64,000 bases of DNA from Podospora anserina (Eukaryota), in assembly GCA_017654855.1 (NCBI GenBank), contig CM030337.1, forward strand, positions 3,844,001-3,908,000. The letters run 5' to 3'. Positions 1-13,194 of this stretch are shown piece after piece (the first letter of the stretch is position 1; the number at the start of each line of letters is the position of its first letter). Both the position numbers and the translations under genes were made by a program. The notes below the pieces were generated by a model. It was not told the DNA's origin. It saw only the letters and a list, made by a program, of their open reading frames with translations, and searched no databases.

Positions 1-389
1 TTCGCAGTTTCGGCCTGGGTTGGTTCGGAACGGGGATTCGACGGTATTGCTGTGGGGTTGGAAAGATGGATCGTTCGATGTTTCATGTCCCTGAAGCAAG
101 GTTCGAGACCCGTTTGGCAGAGCCAGACTTTTGCTTTCTCAGCCCCCTCCTGAAATATTATTCTGGCCTTCTTATTCCCCTCTTCTTGTTTTGGTAAGGC
201 GGCACTGGGAAGTTTGACCAAAGCCGTGGTAGGCTCAGTGGCGGGTACAGCCGCTCGGTCGGCTTCAATTGCGTTGACCTGGTTCATGTAGTCCGTAGCG
301 TTGGCAGCTGAAGGGAATGTGATTTTCACTTTCCATTCTGGCTCTTTTGTTTTACTTTCATGTTGAACTAGTTCGGTCCTATAGGCCAT
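1..389 (-). CDS. Small hypothetical protein, runs off the window edge; paralog of 2456-2932
   Basis: Hand translation from ATG at 389 is open to position 1: MAYRTELVQHESKTKEPEWKVKITFPSAANATDYMNQV...ARIIFQEGAEKAKVWLCQTGLEPCFRDMKHRTIHL. Not in the ORF track. Motifs align with the 2456-2932 protein. Confidence 0.65.
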   Translation of the reverse strand, partial: MAYRTELVQHESKTKEPEWKVKITFPSAANATDYMNQVNAIEADRAAVPATEPTTALVKLPSAALPKQEEGNKKARIIFQEGAEKAKVWLCQTGLEPCFRDMKHRTIHLSNPTAIPSNPRSEPTQAETA

Positions 390-1254
390 AGTGTGGAGGT
401 GATACTTTTGGCGATTTTTTAGATCGAGAAGCGATTCAAAATTAGGGTCAAAGGCGAATGGTGGGAATCCGTGATAGATCTTGGTTGTTTCTTTGCTTGG
501 TGCTTAATAAGGGCGGGGACATGCATCTGGGCAAAAAGGCCAGCGCAACAAGGCTGGCTGTACTGAGTTCTCCTTCAATGCAACAACCACATGCACTTCG
601 GATACGTATTTTGTCCAATGGCTTTGCTAGGACAGATGTGCCTGCATGCCGAGATGACCCCATTGAACACACCATATCACCCAACGAGACGAGTGAGCGG
701 CCCATTACTAGGTAGATCATCACAGGTGTCACACGTCTACGAACCAACCAACCTCGCTACGGCCCAACAGACCACCTACCTGCACTATAGACCACCTACC
801 TGCACGTTGTGAGCTAGTGGTCAAAGTGAGGCAGACAATCGCAGGCTTCGCGGTTATTAAGAAGACGATATTGGTCAACCTGAGATATTGAGGGACTTGG
901 CAGCGGCCTGAGGCCACAATGCACGGACCACTGGGCGAAGGATAAAGGCGCGTTCTCAGAAGCTGTTTGTATTCCTAGACCTTCTTCTTCTTTATCACGC
1001 TCTTCGAGGCCATTGAAGATTATTAGCCTGAATTGAACCATGAGTTCCAAGCCCTGATATTACAGCCCTTGTCACAACAGGCCATTTGATTTGATAGTGC
1101 GCTGAAAAGGAATGCGACGAGTAAGGTGGTGCATACCTCCCCACCTTTGCTAGGTCCCGGTACAACCTGAAATGAAGTGGCTACATATGGCGCTAAAAGC
1201 ACGCAAAAGTCACCTGAAATTTTGACCTGGAATTCAGTGGGAATAGGCCCTAAA

Positions 1255-2111
1255 ATGGCCGAAGCCGATCTCGATCCAGAGGGACTCGACCTCGAAGATC
1301 CCCAAGCCTGGATCAGTCACAATTACCGAGAACACCTAATAACCAAAGTTGAAAAATGGAACCCCATCTGGGACCAAGCACCGCAAGCCGATGTCTTCAG
1401 CTATTGTATAAGCATCGCACAACTGCAACGCATGCGGATACAGCGACTACAAATACAACTTGCATCAGCTGCAAGAAAAGCATACGAAGGTGCAGATACA
1501 GACAGTAACTGGAAAGATTGGGATAAAACTCTTAGTGAATATGGTAGGATACCCCACCTCGTTTACCTACTGCATCTTGCGAAGCCAGGGTGCTGACATT
1601 GTCACGCTCAGTTTCTGCAGTCCAAGAACATGACTACATGGAACAACGCGGATCAGGCGGGAGAGACCCTTTCCTGATAACAGGAGAGCGTTATATGGAC
1701 AGGAAGGTTCTTGAACAGGTCATGCATGGCTTCCAACTTTCGGAATCGACTGATTCGAATCCGACTGGTGAACCTTCGCTACGAGTATGGCAAACAACTC
1801 GACGGGCCCCTGTTCCGACACGAGGAGACAACCGTCTGAAGAAGCTTCTGGCCCGGATTGGTATAGCTGCTATCGGGACTGCGTTTCTCATTGTCCCGAT
1901 GTGGCTGTTGATATGGGTTGTGTGGGAAGACACCTGGGTGGCGCTGTGGTCGACAACCATTTTTGTTGCTGTGTTTGGGGTGCTGATGGCGTGTGTACTG
2001 GAGAATGAAATTGCGGTTCTCTCAGCATCTGCGGCTTATGCAGCTGTGCTAGTGGTCTTTGTCGCCCTTGTTGCGGAACAGGCCCGGGGTCAAGATGAGA
2101 AGGGTTCATAA
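1255..2111 (+). CDS. DUF6594-like membrane protein (2 exons)
   Basis: ATG 1255. Intron 1544-1611 (GTAGGA...GCTGAC...CAG) joins LSEY|VSAVQEHDYM. The C-terminus has three hydrophobic helices ending SAAYAAVLVVFV, typical of this fungal family. Confidence 0.7.
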
Positions 2112-2455
2112 TCAGAAAATGTATTCTGTGGTTAAACACCATGGCCGGTTATTGGCTTTGAGGGAGACTGAAACTCGATTGGACCTTACGAAAGGGTTAA
2201 TTATATGTATCTCTGCTACCGTGGTCCTGCATGACATGATACAAATATTTACTTCGAAATGCCCGTATTCTGTCTCCAACATCATTTGGTAGGTACCCTA
2301 GATACCTACTTACCGTACAGCTAGGTTGGTAGACAGACAGCACAACAACTCAAGACAGTCGCTGTTCGTGCTCAGTTCTGGTTTTCCTTCAGTGTGACAC
2401 TGTAAACCATTCCTGCATTTTAAACCATCCCGGACCCCTTCCCTATTTCGGAGTA

Positions 2456-2932
2456 TCATTGAAACTTCCAGGTCTTTAGATGTCGCACCACGCTGTTCCA
2501 AATTGCCGAATCATTTCTTGTCTCGGCCAGACCTGCATCCCCTCCCGCCCAGCTGGCACCCCATAGTCCACATGGTTCTTTGAGCCAAAGAGTCTTCTGT
2601 CTCTGTCGGAAACATCGTTCGAGTCGGGTGTGTAAAAGCCATTCATTGGCGTGCGCGGCGCTGTTGAAAACGATGCCTAGTCGATTCTTGAGGGTTATAT
2701 GGTTGACTTCTGTGAGGTGTAGGTATACATGACAATCCCGCTTGACACAGAGGTTGGTGAATTTGACGCAGTCAAAGTACAACGATGCCTCCTCATCGGT
2801 TGGAAAAGAGACCAGGATGCGTCGTTGACCGAGCTCAAGTACCAGCTGTATGTTGTATTCTGCCCTTTCGTGTGGTGCCGGTTGATCCACTGGGAATGTC
2901 GAAGGGGAGATTTGAGATTTGTTTGCGTCCAT
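2456..2932 (-). CDS. Small hypothetical protein (~158 aa)
   Basis: ATG 2932 (MDANKSQ) inside the 2456..3094 ORF; similar to the ORF at 1-389. Confidence 0.6.
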   Translation of the reverse strand: MDANKSQISPSTFPVDQPAPHERAEYNIQLVLELGQRRILVSFPTDEEASLYFDCVKFTNLCVKRDCHVYLHLTEVNHITLKNRLGIVFNSAAHANEWLLHTRLERCFRQRQKTLWLKEPCGLWGASWAGGDAGLAETRNDSAIWNSVVRHLKTWKFQ

Positions 2933-3644
2933 ATCGTTTCGTGAAAGGGAATAAAAGAAAGCCGACGTGAAAGGTGACGAGCGGGTTGCTAGCAGGAGAA
3001 GCCTGCGACCAGCATCGTATTTAAGAAGGACCCAACCTCTAGGACTCAATCTGGTGTGCTGTGGCTGAGTCGTGGAGGCAGCCCAAGGCCCCAACTCATT
3101 TCTCGCAAGCGAGTTGTGGCGTTGACTACCTGGTAGGGAAAGTAAGGATAGATGCTAAGGCTGAGAAGGCATCTCTGCCCTAAAATTTGGGCCCATTCTT
3201 AAGGCGATCCCATTGTTGGCAGTTCTGAGAGCGAGCTTACTGCGCGCCTACCGGCTCTGAAATAGGATGTTGACAGTCTTGGCGGCAAGGTGAAATTAGT
3301 GGATCAGCACTCAGGGGCTCAGGGGCTAGACCCACCTGGCCCCCCTTGGTTGACTGGCCAACCATGACACCTCGACATGTCATTGTCTTGGTCGACCTCT
3401 TTGATGTTTCGAAACACCTAGCATAGTAGCTATCTTTGTTTATACCTGATGAAATTCTTAGGGGATGTCGTGGCAAATCACCGAGGGTGCGCATGGATGA
3501 GCATGAGGTATGGTAACTGGTAATGGCAGGTGGGTCACTGTAGGTATAAAGACAGTGGTTTAAAAATCGGTCAGGACTTGGGTGCCTTTCATGCTTCAGT
3601 CACGCATTAACGTACGCTTTTCCAACTCAAACTCATATTAGCCA

Positions 3645-5691
3645 CTAACTGTGAATACCTGGGAGCTCCATGAGGTCCCAGTATTCCTCCAAGGTTTCAA
3701 CACAGGTGCCGCCTATACTCTTACCCATAGCTTCCCTCCTCGTGAACCCGTTGCCCATGAATACAAACCTATTTTGTCTGATAGAGGGCCCGTTCCTACT
3801 ACCAACCATGCCGGGATAACCATAGCCAAAGTCGTAGTCCTCCCACCTTGGATGCCTCATCATCTCCACGAAATGGAACGCACTCCCAGGGTAAATACCA
3901 ATTACCCTGTCTTCCCCTCCCTCGCCGACTCTTTTGTACCAGCTCTGGCATCCTTCTGTCCACATACTCCCCCTCAGATACGCCTGAGCATGTTCGTTGT
4001 ACTCGTCCATGACACTCCTTTGAACCTCCATGCACCTTACGCCTTGGGTCTGCATCTTCCTCACACACTTGTAGATGTACATGCCCTGAGCTTGGATAGC
4101 CTGCACCAACCCTCCATTCGCAACCGGGGAGTTGGGACCCAGAAACATGAAGTAGTTGGGGAAGCCAGACACCGTTGTGCCAAGGTAGCACTCTGGGTTA
4201 GTACCTCCATCCCGGTGACAACCGCTCCATCGCTCCGCAAGTCTCACCCCATCACGTCCCACGAGCTCAAAAGAGGGGATGTACGACGCTTCATATCCTG
4301 TAGCGCATACCACCACGTCAAATTCTCGTTCTTCCTCCTCCTCCTCGCTGGCCGAATGTGACAGCATGATTCCCCGCCCGGTAAACGTCTTGATAGAGGT
4401 ACCTGGACTCCCTCCAGCCTGGTTAGACTGTGGATCGAGGAAGACACACTCCACTCTATCATCCAGCAAAGTCTCCAAGAAATCCTTGCTCGGAGTTACT
4501 CGTCTGCAACCAACAGAAAATTTCGGAATCAGCCGTTTAGCGATAATCCTGCCTTTTTCTGAGGTCTCCACCTGAAGTCGTGACTCCATACTCTTTCGAC
4601 AAGCTTCCTGGGTTGCACTTTGAGGAAATCGCCCACCGCCTGAAGCCCTGAAACCAGCGTTGCGTTCGTTAGTGAGAGCGCGACGGTGGGCGAGAAGGGA
4701 TTTGGGGTCTGAGCTGAAGGTGAGCTGTGTCGAGGTGGGATAACTGTTGTGTTCATCTACGAACTGCGCAGGTTGTGCTGATGGTTTGGATGGAGGGCAC
4801 GTAATCCATGTCGAGGAGCGGGCAAAAAGTGTCGTGGTTTTAGCCTCTGCTCGGAGTCAGTACAAGGAAAATTCCAAACAATACATGGGGCCTAGACCTG
4901 CCTTTTGCAACTTCGGGAAGTATCTGTACCCCTGAAGAGCCAATGCCAATGATTGCCACGTTCTTGCCGGCGACTTCCACCGTCTCATCCCAGAGGGCTG
5001 AGTGGACAAGCTGGCCTTTGAAGCGATCCATCCCCCTAATTTTGGGCCACTTTGGGGTTCTGGATAATAGATGGTCAGAAAAGGAGTTCGCATGGCGTAC
5101 CTGCAAGTGGTGTGTGATTGGAACGTGAACTCACTGAAGAAAGCCTGTCGCGTTTACCAGTGCATTGCATCGATCCTCAAACTCGGTTCCCTTGGCCATG
5201 TCAATGACCGTGAGGCACCACTCTCCAACCTCTTCATCCCAGACTGCACTGGTCACTTTGTGCCCGTACTTGAAGTACTGCTCACAGTCGTACTTGACTG
5301 CTGTGTCTTTGAGATAGTGATGGATACTAGAGGCGGTGGCGTAGTAGCTGGGCCAATGTGGATTGGGACAGAAACTGTAGTTGTAGATGTGGGCCGGAGT
5401 ATCACACTGGCATCCCGGATATCTGGAGCAAAAACGATGGCCTTTTAGCGTCTGCTCAATTGTTAATGAGAGTTGCCAATCTTACCTGTTGACCAGCCAC
5501 TTGCCACCAAGATCGCCATTCATCTCGTAAACCTGATAGTCAAGGTTCTCCCCCTGCATCTTCTGACCTACAATGATGGATAGGAGTAGCCCTGAATAAC
5601 CGGCACCGATGCATACCAGACGGAAAGGCCGAGGCGATCCCAATGGAGCCTCCTGGATTTTGTAGCCACGGCTCGGCGTAATGCTACCCAT
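3645..5691 (-). CDS. Flavin-containing Baeyer-Villiger-type monooxygenase (multi-exon)
   Basis: Rossmann motifs CIGAGYSG and IIGIGSSG, YPGCQCD, BVMO fingerprint FKGQLVHSALWD, GCRRVTP, ATGY and GFPNYF. Three introns inferred, one probably GC-AG (4847-4901). Confidence 0.9.
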
Positions 5692-6500
5692 TGTGTGCTG
5701 TTGAAGTGGCTTGGAATACGGCGACTCTGTGTGTCCAGGAATACACTCGACAGTGCTGAAAAGAGATTTCTCAAGATCGAGTGTGCACATGGACTCTTCA
5801 CGAGGAACCGAGCCATTTATACAGCTTGGTCCAAGCGAATAACGCGGGCACTGGCGAGAAGGCTCGACCTTGAGCCTCTGAACACGTGCCAAAACACTGC
5901 CAGATGAGGCTCCAAGTACATCTTTGCTGATCTTTCCTGCCGCTGAATCGAGCACCATCCATCATTCGCCCAACATCATAACCCTCAAGAAGTCTGTACA
6001 GAAGCCCCCAACGTGATCAACGGAAAGGGAAGAATTCAGATGCACGCAGAGCCTCAGTTTCCCAAGGCTCGTGAACACCGGTTCTGATTTGCTAGAGATC
6101 CCTCTCTAACCCCCGCGCATTTCTGCACAAATGAGTATCACAAAGCTACACCAGCGCTTGAAATGGTGCCATCGGTCCTAGTCGAGGGCGAGGCTCCAAA
6201 GAAATTCCGGATGAAGTGCTCTCCCGATGCATGCCAAGATGCCATTATCAGTCCTCTATTCCGGGTCAGAATGTTGTCATAACGTAAAATAATGATGCCC
6301 AATCTTACTCAGAAAGAGGGGGGAAGATGTGAAGCCAAGAAACTCACCCCATTCGTGCGGACAAATTGGGATAGCTTGAGGTCGCCAGAAGAGGCTCGCC
6401 AAGAGAGGATTGGGCGAGAGCAAAAGCCAAGTGAGGGAATTTGTATGGAGCGGGAAGTTATCGAGAGGGGGCGCGGCTCAAAGGATCAGAACACCGGCGT

Positions 6501-8869
6501 TCAGCAGAGATTGATTCGACCACACTTTGAGGTTATCGCTGTCACAAGCTTCTCCCACCATGGGTCCTTGTTCTCCCAAATCTCGTGCTCTTCGTCGTCA
6601 GTGCCAGCACCCCCGTCGTCTGCCTCATGATTCATTGCCTGTTCGGCCACCTTGCCCCTTCGCCTTTCATAACTGTCCAACCAACTCCATGCATGTTTGA
6701 GAGCCTCATAAGCAGGAGGAACATTGCCTCTGGGTCCCTTGCATATTGGATCGAACCACGATTTGATGGCCTGTCTATCAAGCTGGTCATAGGCCACGAG
6801 ACCTCCGATGAAAAGAGCGAAAAGCGGGGTTTGAGCCGTGAACAACGGCCCGGAAATGGGTTGATACTGCACAGTAAGAATAAGTCGAGCGAGAAGTTCC
6901 TTGATCACAGGGTCATCTCTTCTTCGACTAGCGATGGACACGATTTTTGTTAGACGGCACTGTCGAATACATGATGGAGAAGGTCAATAACGTACCGGAA
7001 AACCCTACATTGCAAGTATATTTGTGCGGCAGCAACGTAGCTCTCACCAATCAACTCAGTGACCTTGGCTTCCGTGTTGACCTTGCCCTTGTCGTTCAGC
7101 TCGCAGCTGTCGAGGAGCTCTTGAAATGTATTGTAGCCGTTCGAGAGCGCTGACCATTGCCGAAAGTTGCTGAGTATATCCTTGATGCCGTTGGCGGTAG
7201 CTAGTTGTGCCAGAGAGTATGGACGTCTGTCTCGCATGGAGGCCAAATACGTGATTTTGGCCAGGCAATACATCAAATCTGGAGAAAGCCCGGCAAACCC
7301 ATCGATTCGGCGGCACTCTCGCTCACTGCCTCTGATGAGCCAGTTGTAGCACTCAATGTCAGCACCTGGGTCGAGAGGGTGCACGCAATCACTGAGAACG
7401 CTGTCTAGGCACACTCGAATTGCTAGCTGGGACCGCGTCTTGGTAATCTGGGCATTCTTGGGATCTTGGTGGGTTCTAGCTGGATCCGATTGCCCAAGCA
7501 CTCGTTCGGCCACTTTCGCTCCCCGGTACCATTTTGGAGGCTCCTTCTGTGTAGACTTCATGTTGTCTCGGTTCCGGTCCCAAACGACTATCTGTCAAAG
7601 AAAACGTCAGCAGAGTGGAGCGAATCATCACTGAGTCCAAAGAGCTCACCTCGGTATGGCCCAGAAGGATAAGACAAGCAACCAAACTATCCCCGTTACC
7701 TGGTAAGCGATTTCTTGTGTCCTTGAGTTCTTGGCTTGTATGCCAAATAGCTTGCTGATGGTGATGGGTAGCAAGTTCTTTTGCCTTGTCTTCCGCAGAG
7801 TAGTCAAGAATATATGAAAGAGAAACCGACAACATGGCGTGCTTGACCGCGGGTGAGCTGTCCGCCATAGGTGCAATTTGGTTGAGATAGGCATTGTCAT
7901 TCTTGACAACTGTTCTCCCATTGCAGACAGCTTCGATAACTAAAACGAGACAGCACACGTAAGCTTGGAATACTCTGCTGGCATGGCACCATTGCGGGGC
8001 CAGTCGGGACACCTACAGAATTTGAAGAGATAACGATCAGACTTCTCAAACCTCCCGCTAAGTTGAACGTCACCGAATTGCGGTGGGGGTCGGATGATTT
8101 CACTCGGAATCAAATTCCCGGCGGCCCCGTTTCCACCGCCGCCATGGCGACTCTCTGACTCGGTGGGTGGAAAGTATCGGAAATGCACATTAAGCGCATG
8201 ACCTTGCTCATGACGTGGAGAACCATAAAGTGTAATTCTTGTTTTGATGAATCCGTCAAGCACGATACGACGACCTCTGCACTCTTCAACAATGCTGCGG
8301 CATCGGACAAGTGCATGGGGGTGGCTGCAGCTCCCTTCTTCTGATGCGTAAGGATTCTCCAGGTGAACCTCTTCCTGCTCCTGAGAAGATGTAGGGATCT
8401 TAGCCGGACCAGCCGGCACATGCTGCCGGGTATGGAGAGGTTCGACCCCTGCGGTATCTTCGTTGAGCAATTCTTCATAGCCTGTTCAAACTTGTTAGCG
8501 ACTATCTAGCGACGCGAAGATGGCTGGGCTCAACAAGCTCTTGACTTTATTGTACTTACTTCTCTTTCTGCCTTGGTTTGCAGACACGGGGCAAATGGAA
8601 TCGCTGTGCAGACCTGCAAGGTGGGTGGAATTAAGGTGGTTTCCGAGGCTATCGAGCCCTGGGAGTATGTCTTGGTGTGGCCAGGCGTACAGTTGAGTCC
8701 AGTGGAACATCTCATCGTCATCCGATATCATGAAGTTGTCATCCGGTCCGGCGTTTGAACCGTGGTCGTCCTCATGCTGATCATTGGGCGCGATAGCACG
8801 GACTGTCTCTTCAGTGTGGCGTGGTGTCCATGAACCACCGGATCGCGCGACCTTGGCAGCCCGCTCCAT
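6501..8869 (-). CDS. Fungal-specific transcription factor domain protein (PF11951-like), no Zn2Cys6 cluster visible
   Basis: Spliced ORFs 8495.., 7940.., 7476.., 6950.. and 6501.. contain NAYLNQIAPMADSSPAVKHAMLSVS, IDGFAGLSPDL, AAQIYLQCRVF and TPLFALFIGG. Canonical introns link them. Start uncertain. Confidence 0.75.
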
Positions 8870-9142
8870 GGCTATACAGCAGATCTGAATTGCGGATCTT
8901 CCTGGCTGCTGTGAACTAGCAAGAGAGAAAGAAGTCCTGTGAAGACGAGACACGGTGTGCGGGCCCGGCGAGCCTGCACTTATCCTTGTTCCGATCAAGT
9001 AGCGTCCCACAGCGGTGTTCAAGTACCTACGTCGATGTATTGGTGTGGTAAGCCAGCCTCCATCGCCGAAACGCCTCTTTGAGTGGTGATGGGGTAGGTT
9101 ACCTTGTACCTTGGGTACCGTGGGATGGGTTGGAGTGGGGCC

Positions 9143-9181
9143 GGAAGAGAGAAGAGAGAAGAGAAAAGAGAAAAGAGGGAA
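9143..9181. repeat. Homopurine GAGAA(AA) repeat tract in a divergent promoter
   Basis: gaagagagaagagagaagagaaaagagaaaagaggga. Confidence 0.8.
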
Positions 9182-9426
9182 CATTGGCACATGGTGCAAG
9201 GAGGTGGGGCCCTCGTCAGGAGCGGAATCGGAAATGCGGGGCAAATGGCAGCATCTTACGGGAGACAATGTCTCGCAGAAGTCTGGTGCCCAAGGCACAA
9301 CTGCCCCGACGCGCACTCAAGGCCTCTGACTACTGAACTCCATCAAATTCTGGCCCACCACGTCACTGAGCACGGCCCGCTCAGGAGAGAAAAGAGAAAA
9401 CAAAGCCCCAAAAACGCTGAGTGGCA

Positions 9427-10511
9427 ATGGCCTGTGACATGTTACATCTGTTTGATCATGAGCAGGCATGCTCCGGCGACTCATTGGTCTGCGCCCTGCT
9501 TCGCGAACAGTTCCATGACCTTATCACGGGGTTACAGCAACAAAGCTTGAGTGGCTGTCCTTTAGAGGATATTGGGAACTTCCTCGTCAACATTCTGCAC
9601 CTGGCTTCAGAATTGGCTCGGTCCGTTGTCAAAAGTCAGCACCTCCGCGACTTCACCACGGACCTGGCTCCATTCCTTGCAAGAGAGCCCGGTCTCCGCA
9701 GTACTAAATATCTGGATGGCAAACATGAGGCTTTAAAGTCAGCATTGTGCCCCCTTTTTCCTTACCGATAATATCTTGCACTTTTCAATAATACGAGACG
9801 TGCTCGTTGACTCACAAAACTGCACTTGGTAGAAAGATCAGTGGTCAGGTTCGCGAGCTGTCAAAAACGGCTGTTGGTATCTGGAAAAATTCACCAAGTA
9901 TCCCGTCATCCTTGCACGCTTACCTCCGACCACCCCTTCCGACACCCACACCTACAGGCTTGAGGCCCGAATCGTCCTTGTCGCAGTCCACATCCCTTCC
10001 TTTTCGTGACAACACCTCCACACCTGTAGGGTCGAGCTTCACAGATTCTTCAATGGCAACGCCATACGCTGCCGCGAGCTGGGACAGCCCGAGTGTCGAG
10101 TCCAGCACTGTACAACAGGAAAGCAACATGGGAGGAGATGAATACGACGACAACATAGAATACGCCGTGGTAACCTCTTTGGAGGAGATCAATAGCCGTG
10201 GGCGAGGGGTTGGGCCTTACATATGCTCACACAGAGAGAACTGTAACAAGGGTGGTGTGGACTCAAATGGACGAATGAGAGTATTCAAAAGAAACTCTGA
10301 CATCAAGTGAGTGGCCTCTTTCAGACAAAACGTTTCACCAATACACTCTGGAATCTGATCTTGATCACGAAGAGCACATCTGGAGAAACATGAGAAAAGG
10401 TTCAAGTGTGACCTGCCTGGTTGTCCCAAGCCTGAGAAAGGTTTTGCGCGCGCAGACCAACTGGAAAGGCACAAGCAGAAGGTGGCTCACGGATTGTATA
10501 GGGATAGATAG
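9427..10511 (+). CDS. C2H2 zinc-finger protein (3 exons)
   Basis: GPYICSHRENC...FKRNSDIK|AHLEKHEKRFKCDLPGCPKPEKGFARADQLERHKQKVAH after a GTGAGT..AAG intron; stop TAG 10509-10511. Start uncertain. Confidence 0.8.
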
Positions 10512-10728
10512 AAATGGCAAGGGACCGGAGTCAGGTTCTTGGGGTGGCAAAAACCATGTGACGGCAAGCACAATGGCATAACGTGAGAAAATATGAGAGA
10601 ACGCCAAAACATGGAGTGAAAAGAAATTGTACAATGTTTTGGGATTTTATTTTGCGGTAGTTGCGTATTCAAAGTCAAAGATTGTTTGTCGAGTACCCGT
10701 AGGTAATGAATACGAATGAGACTCATAA

Positions 10729-11213
10729 GGGCGCGATCTTTTGGCCTTCAAAATGGGCCTTCTGAACGCTTTTCTGAACTGACTTTCAAGGCCAGGCCAT
10801 GGCCGGGTCTGAACGTATTTCTGAAAGCCTTACTAAGCAATTAATCCACTAATTTAGAAGCCTATTTTAGAGCCGTGATCTATGACATGGTGGCTAGTGG
10901 TGGTGGCTGAAGTGTAAATAAGGCCCTGTACTGGGTGCCCCGGGCGCTGTGGTAAATGTGGGTGTTTTGGAAAGGCAATTTGGAGACCTTATCTGAATAG
11001 ATTCATAGCGAAAATGGTCTAAGTATATGTAGACTAATGTGGATATTTTCTAGGGATTTGGTTAGCTAGAGCCTAAAATGTACGAGCGGTTTTTTGAAGA
11101 ATAACTTTCAGGTAAATTTAGCTGTTGAACTGTTTTATGGACAAAAGATTATATCTCTGACTGGTTCAGAATGAATGGACTTAGAAAGACTTTTTGGCCA
11201 GAAGATCGCGCCC
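10729..11213. mobile_element. Non-autonomous TIR DNA transposon (MITE-like), PIF/Harbinger-type ends
   Basis: Left end GGGCGCGATCTTTTGGCC and right end GGCCAGAAGATCGCGCCC form an 18-bp inverted repeat with 1 mismatch. TAA lies on both sides (10726-10728, 11214-11216). The interior is AT/TpA-rich with no ORF. Confidence 0.85.
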
Positions 11214-11531
11214 TAAGTTGCAATATCCTAAAGATAAGGTACGGTACCGCCTTTGAAGACGCCCTACCTGGGTAGTTCACTATGAAGTGAGTCGGCGAAA
11301 GACATTATAGAGACTATAGCGCCCGATAATTGAAATTGATGATTAATGCGTGTTGTTGAAAGTAAACTAAATATGGGTATATATTGAAGGTTTTCTCGAG
11401 GTAGTGGCCAGATTTCTCCAAGCAGCTCACAAGAATGGCGGTTGCGCATAATCCAACGTCCTACTAAGAGATATATGTAAACTAAGGAAATGGTAAACGA
11501 AGGACAAATTTTACCCCCTATGACACAATAT

Positions 11532-13194
11532 CTAGTTGGGGAGGTTTGAAGCTCCCCTGATCTCGTTGATAGCTCGGTCAGGCAATCCCAATAACTTTGC
11601 CTCCAGCTCGCCCAACTCAGCCTCCTCAACTCTCATGGCCCTATTCTCTTGGATGTTGGCACTATTTGTGTCTGCTGAGTTGTTCCGTCTCTCCCAATAT
11701 GGCCTCTGCCCATCAAGAGGAGCCATCAACCTGTACCCCGGCACGGCTTCTTCAGGCATATTGTTGCGGAGCCGAGCGCCGCAATGGATCCAGACATTCA
11801 ATGATGCTACTGAGCGGTTGACCTGCTGGTGTCCTGGATTGCGACATTTCCTCCCCATTACTGCGTGCAAGAATGTGCGAGTGTGTCTGATGGATGCTTC
11901 AGCCCACCGGGGTGGGTTTGGGTGAGGTTGGCTATAGTTGGGAAACCGGTTGCTCAGCTTATTCTCATCAAATCTGACACCAAGATGTGTGTTGAGCTGT
12001 CCAATCATCCATGCCAAGGGGGCGAGTACCAGCCCTTCGACTTCATCGATCCACCCCAAGTCGCTGTGGTTTCCGGGGAAATAAACTTGGTGCACATCAT
12101 GCCCCAGCATCAATGTTGGCATGTAGGGCGCACGGGTTTCGTGCAAAGAAAGGGCATGGAAGGGAAAACGGACATCTCAAAGCACATGAAAGTTAGCGTG
12201 TGCAGTTCGGCGACAATAATTGACTGGACTCACTATCTGCCACTTCAGACACAAGGTCATTGGTATTCTGTTGCTTTCCGAGCTTGCAAAGAAATTTGAG
12301 TGGCTTTGCCAATCCTGTGACAGGCCAACCAAGAGAACCGACGGTGTCGAAACAGCATAAGGCATCGATGCTGACATTATAGCCTAAACCATGGAATATG
12401 TGAATAGTTGAGGTTACATCTTCATTGGCCCCACAAGGTTTTACTTACATCCATATCGTTGCCTGACCTTTCCTACATAGACTCGTTCAGAATCACATAG
12501 GCTGCCCTTTTTGCATGCTTTGTACACCTTCTTGTGAAATCGCTCGTCAGGCTTTTCAGGCAAACCAACAATGTCAATGAGCTTGGCAAGGTACCGCGCG
12601 GCCCAAGCACCTAGCAGAGAGAAGTTAGCTTCATCGGAACCGATGCTGGATTAGATTAACCTAGAATTACCACGAGAGTATCCTATTAAGATAATTCTAT
12701 CACCTGTTCGGTAATGTTTGGATAGGCTTCCTGTGAAAACAGACATCGCCGGTCAGCAACTCACACCATGGTCATCGGCAAAACAGGATGATCTTACGAT
12801 ATGCGTAAAGAACATTCTTCAAAGTTCCATGACCACTAACCCCTACAGCGATGCATGGTTAGAGAACGTCTTTGTACTCATGTGACAGATAATTGACACG
12901 TGAGACTTACCTCCTTTCATCTTGGTGGAGATGCTTCCATCAGAGCCAACACCATTCAGCAACACTTCGTAAACATTCTCCTCCTCCGAAATAAGATCCA
13001 CAAGTTCGGACACTACAGTTTTACGACCAGACCGTATGCCACCTGCCCATGTTCCTGAATTCCTTGTGTCAGAGTCCAGCTCGATAAATTCGACAAAAAC
13101 ATAATGTATACTCACCGTTGAATGAGGCTATCCATAGGCGTGGAGGTCGCTGCCTGGTCTGGGTTGTCTGGTATCCCTGTTGTACTGTGGACAT
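11532..13194 (-). CDS. DUF2235 / Tle1-like alpha/beta hydrolase domain protein (many introns)
   Basis: LLNGVGSDG, GDRIILIGYSRG|AWAAR, LHETRAPYMPTL and QVYFPGNHSDLGW...PLAWMI motifs across spliced exons. ATG 13194 (MSTVQQG). Confidence 0.8.

Noticed and set aside
769..806. 17-bp direct repeat AGACCACCTACCTGCAC, two copies
   Set aside because: Simple local duplication; not CRISPR-like and no associated element.
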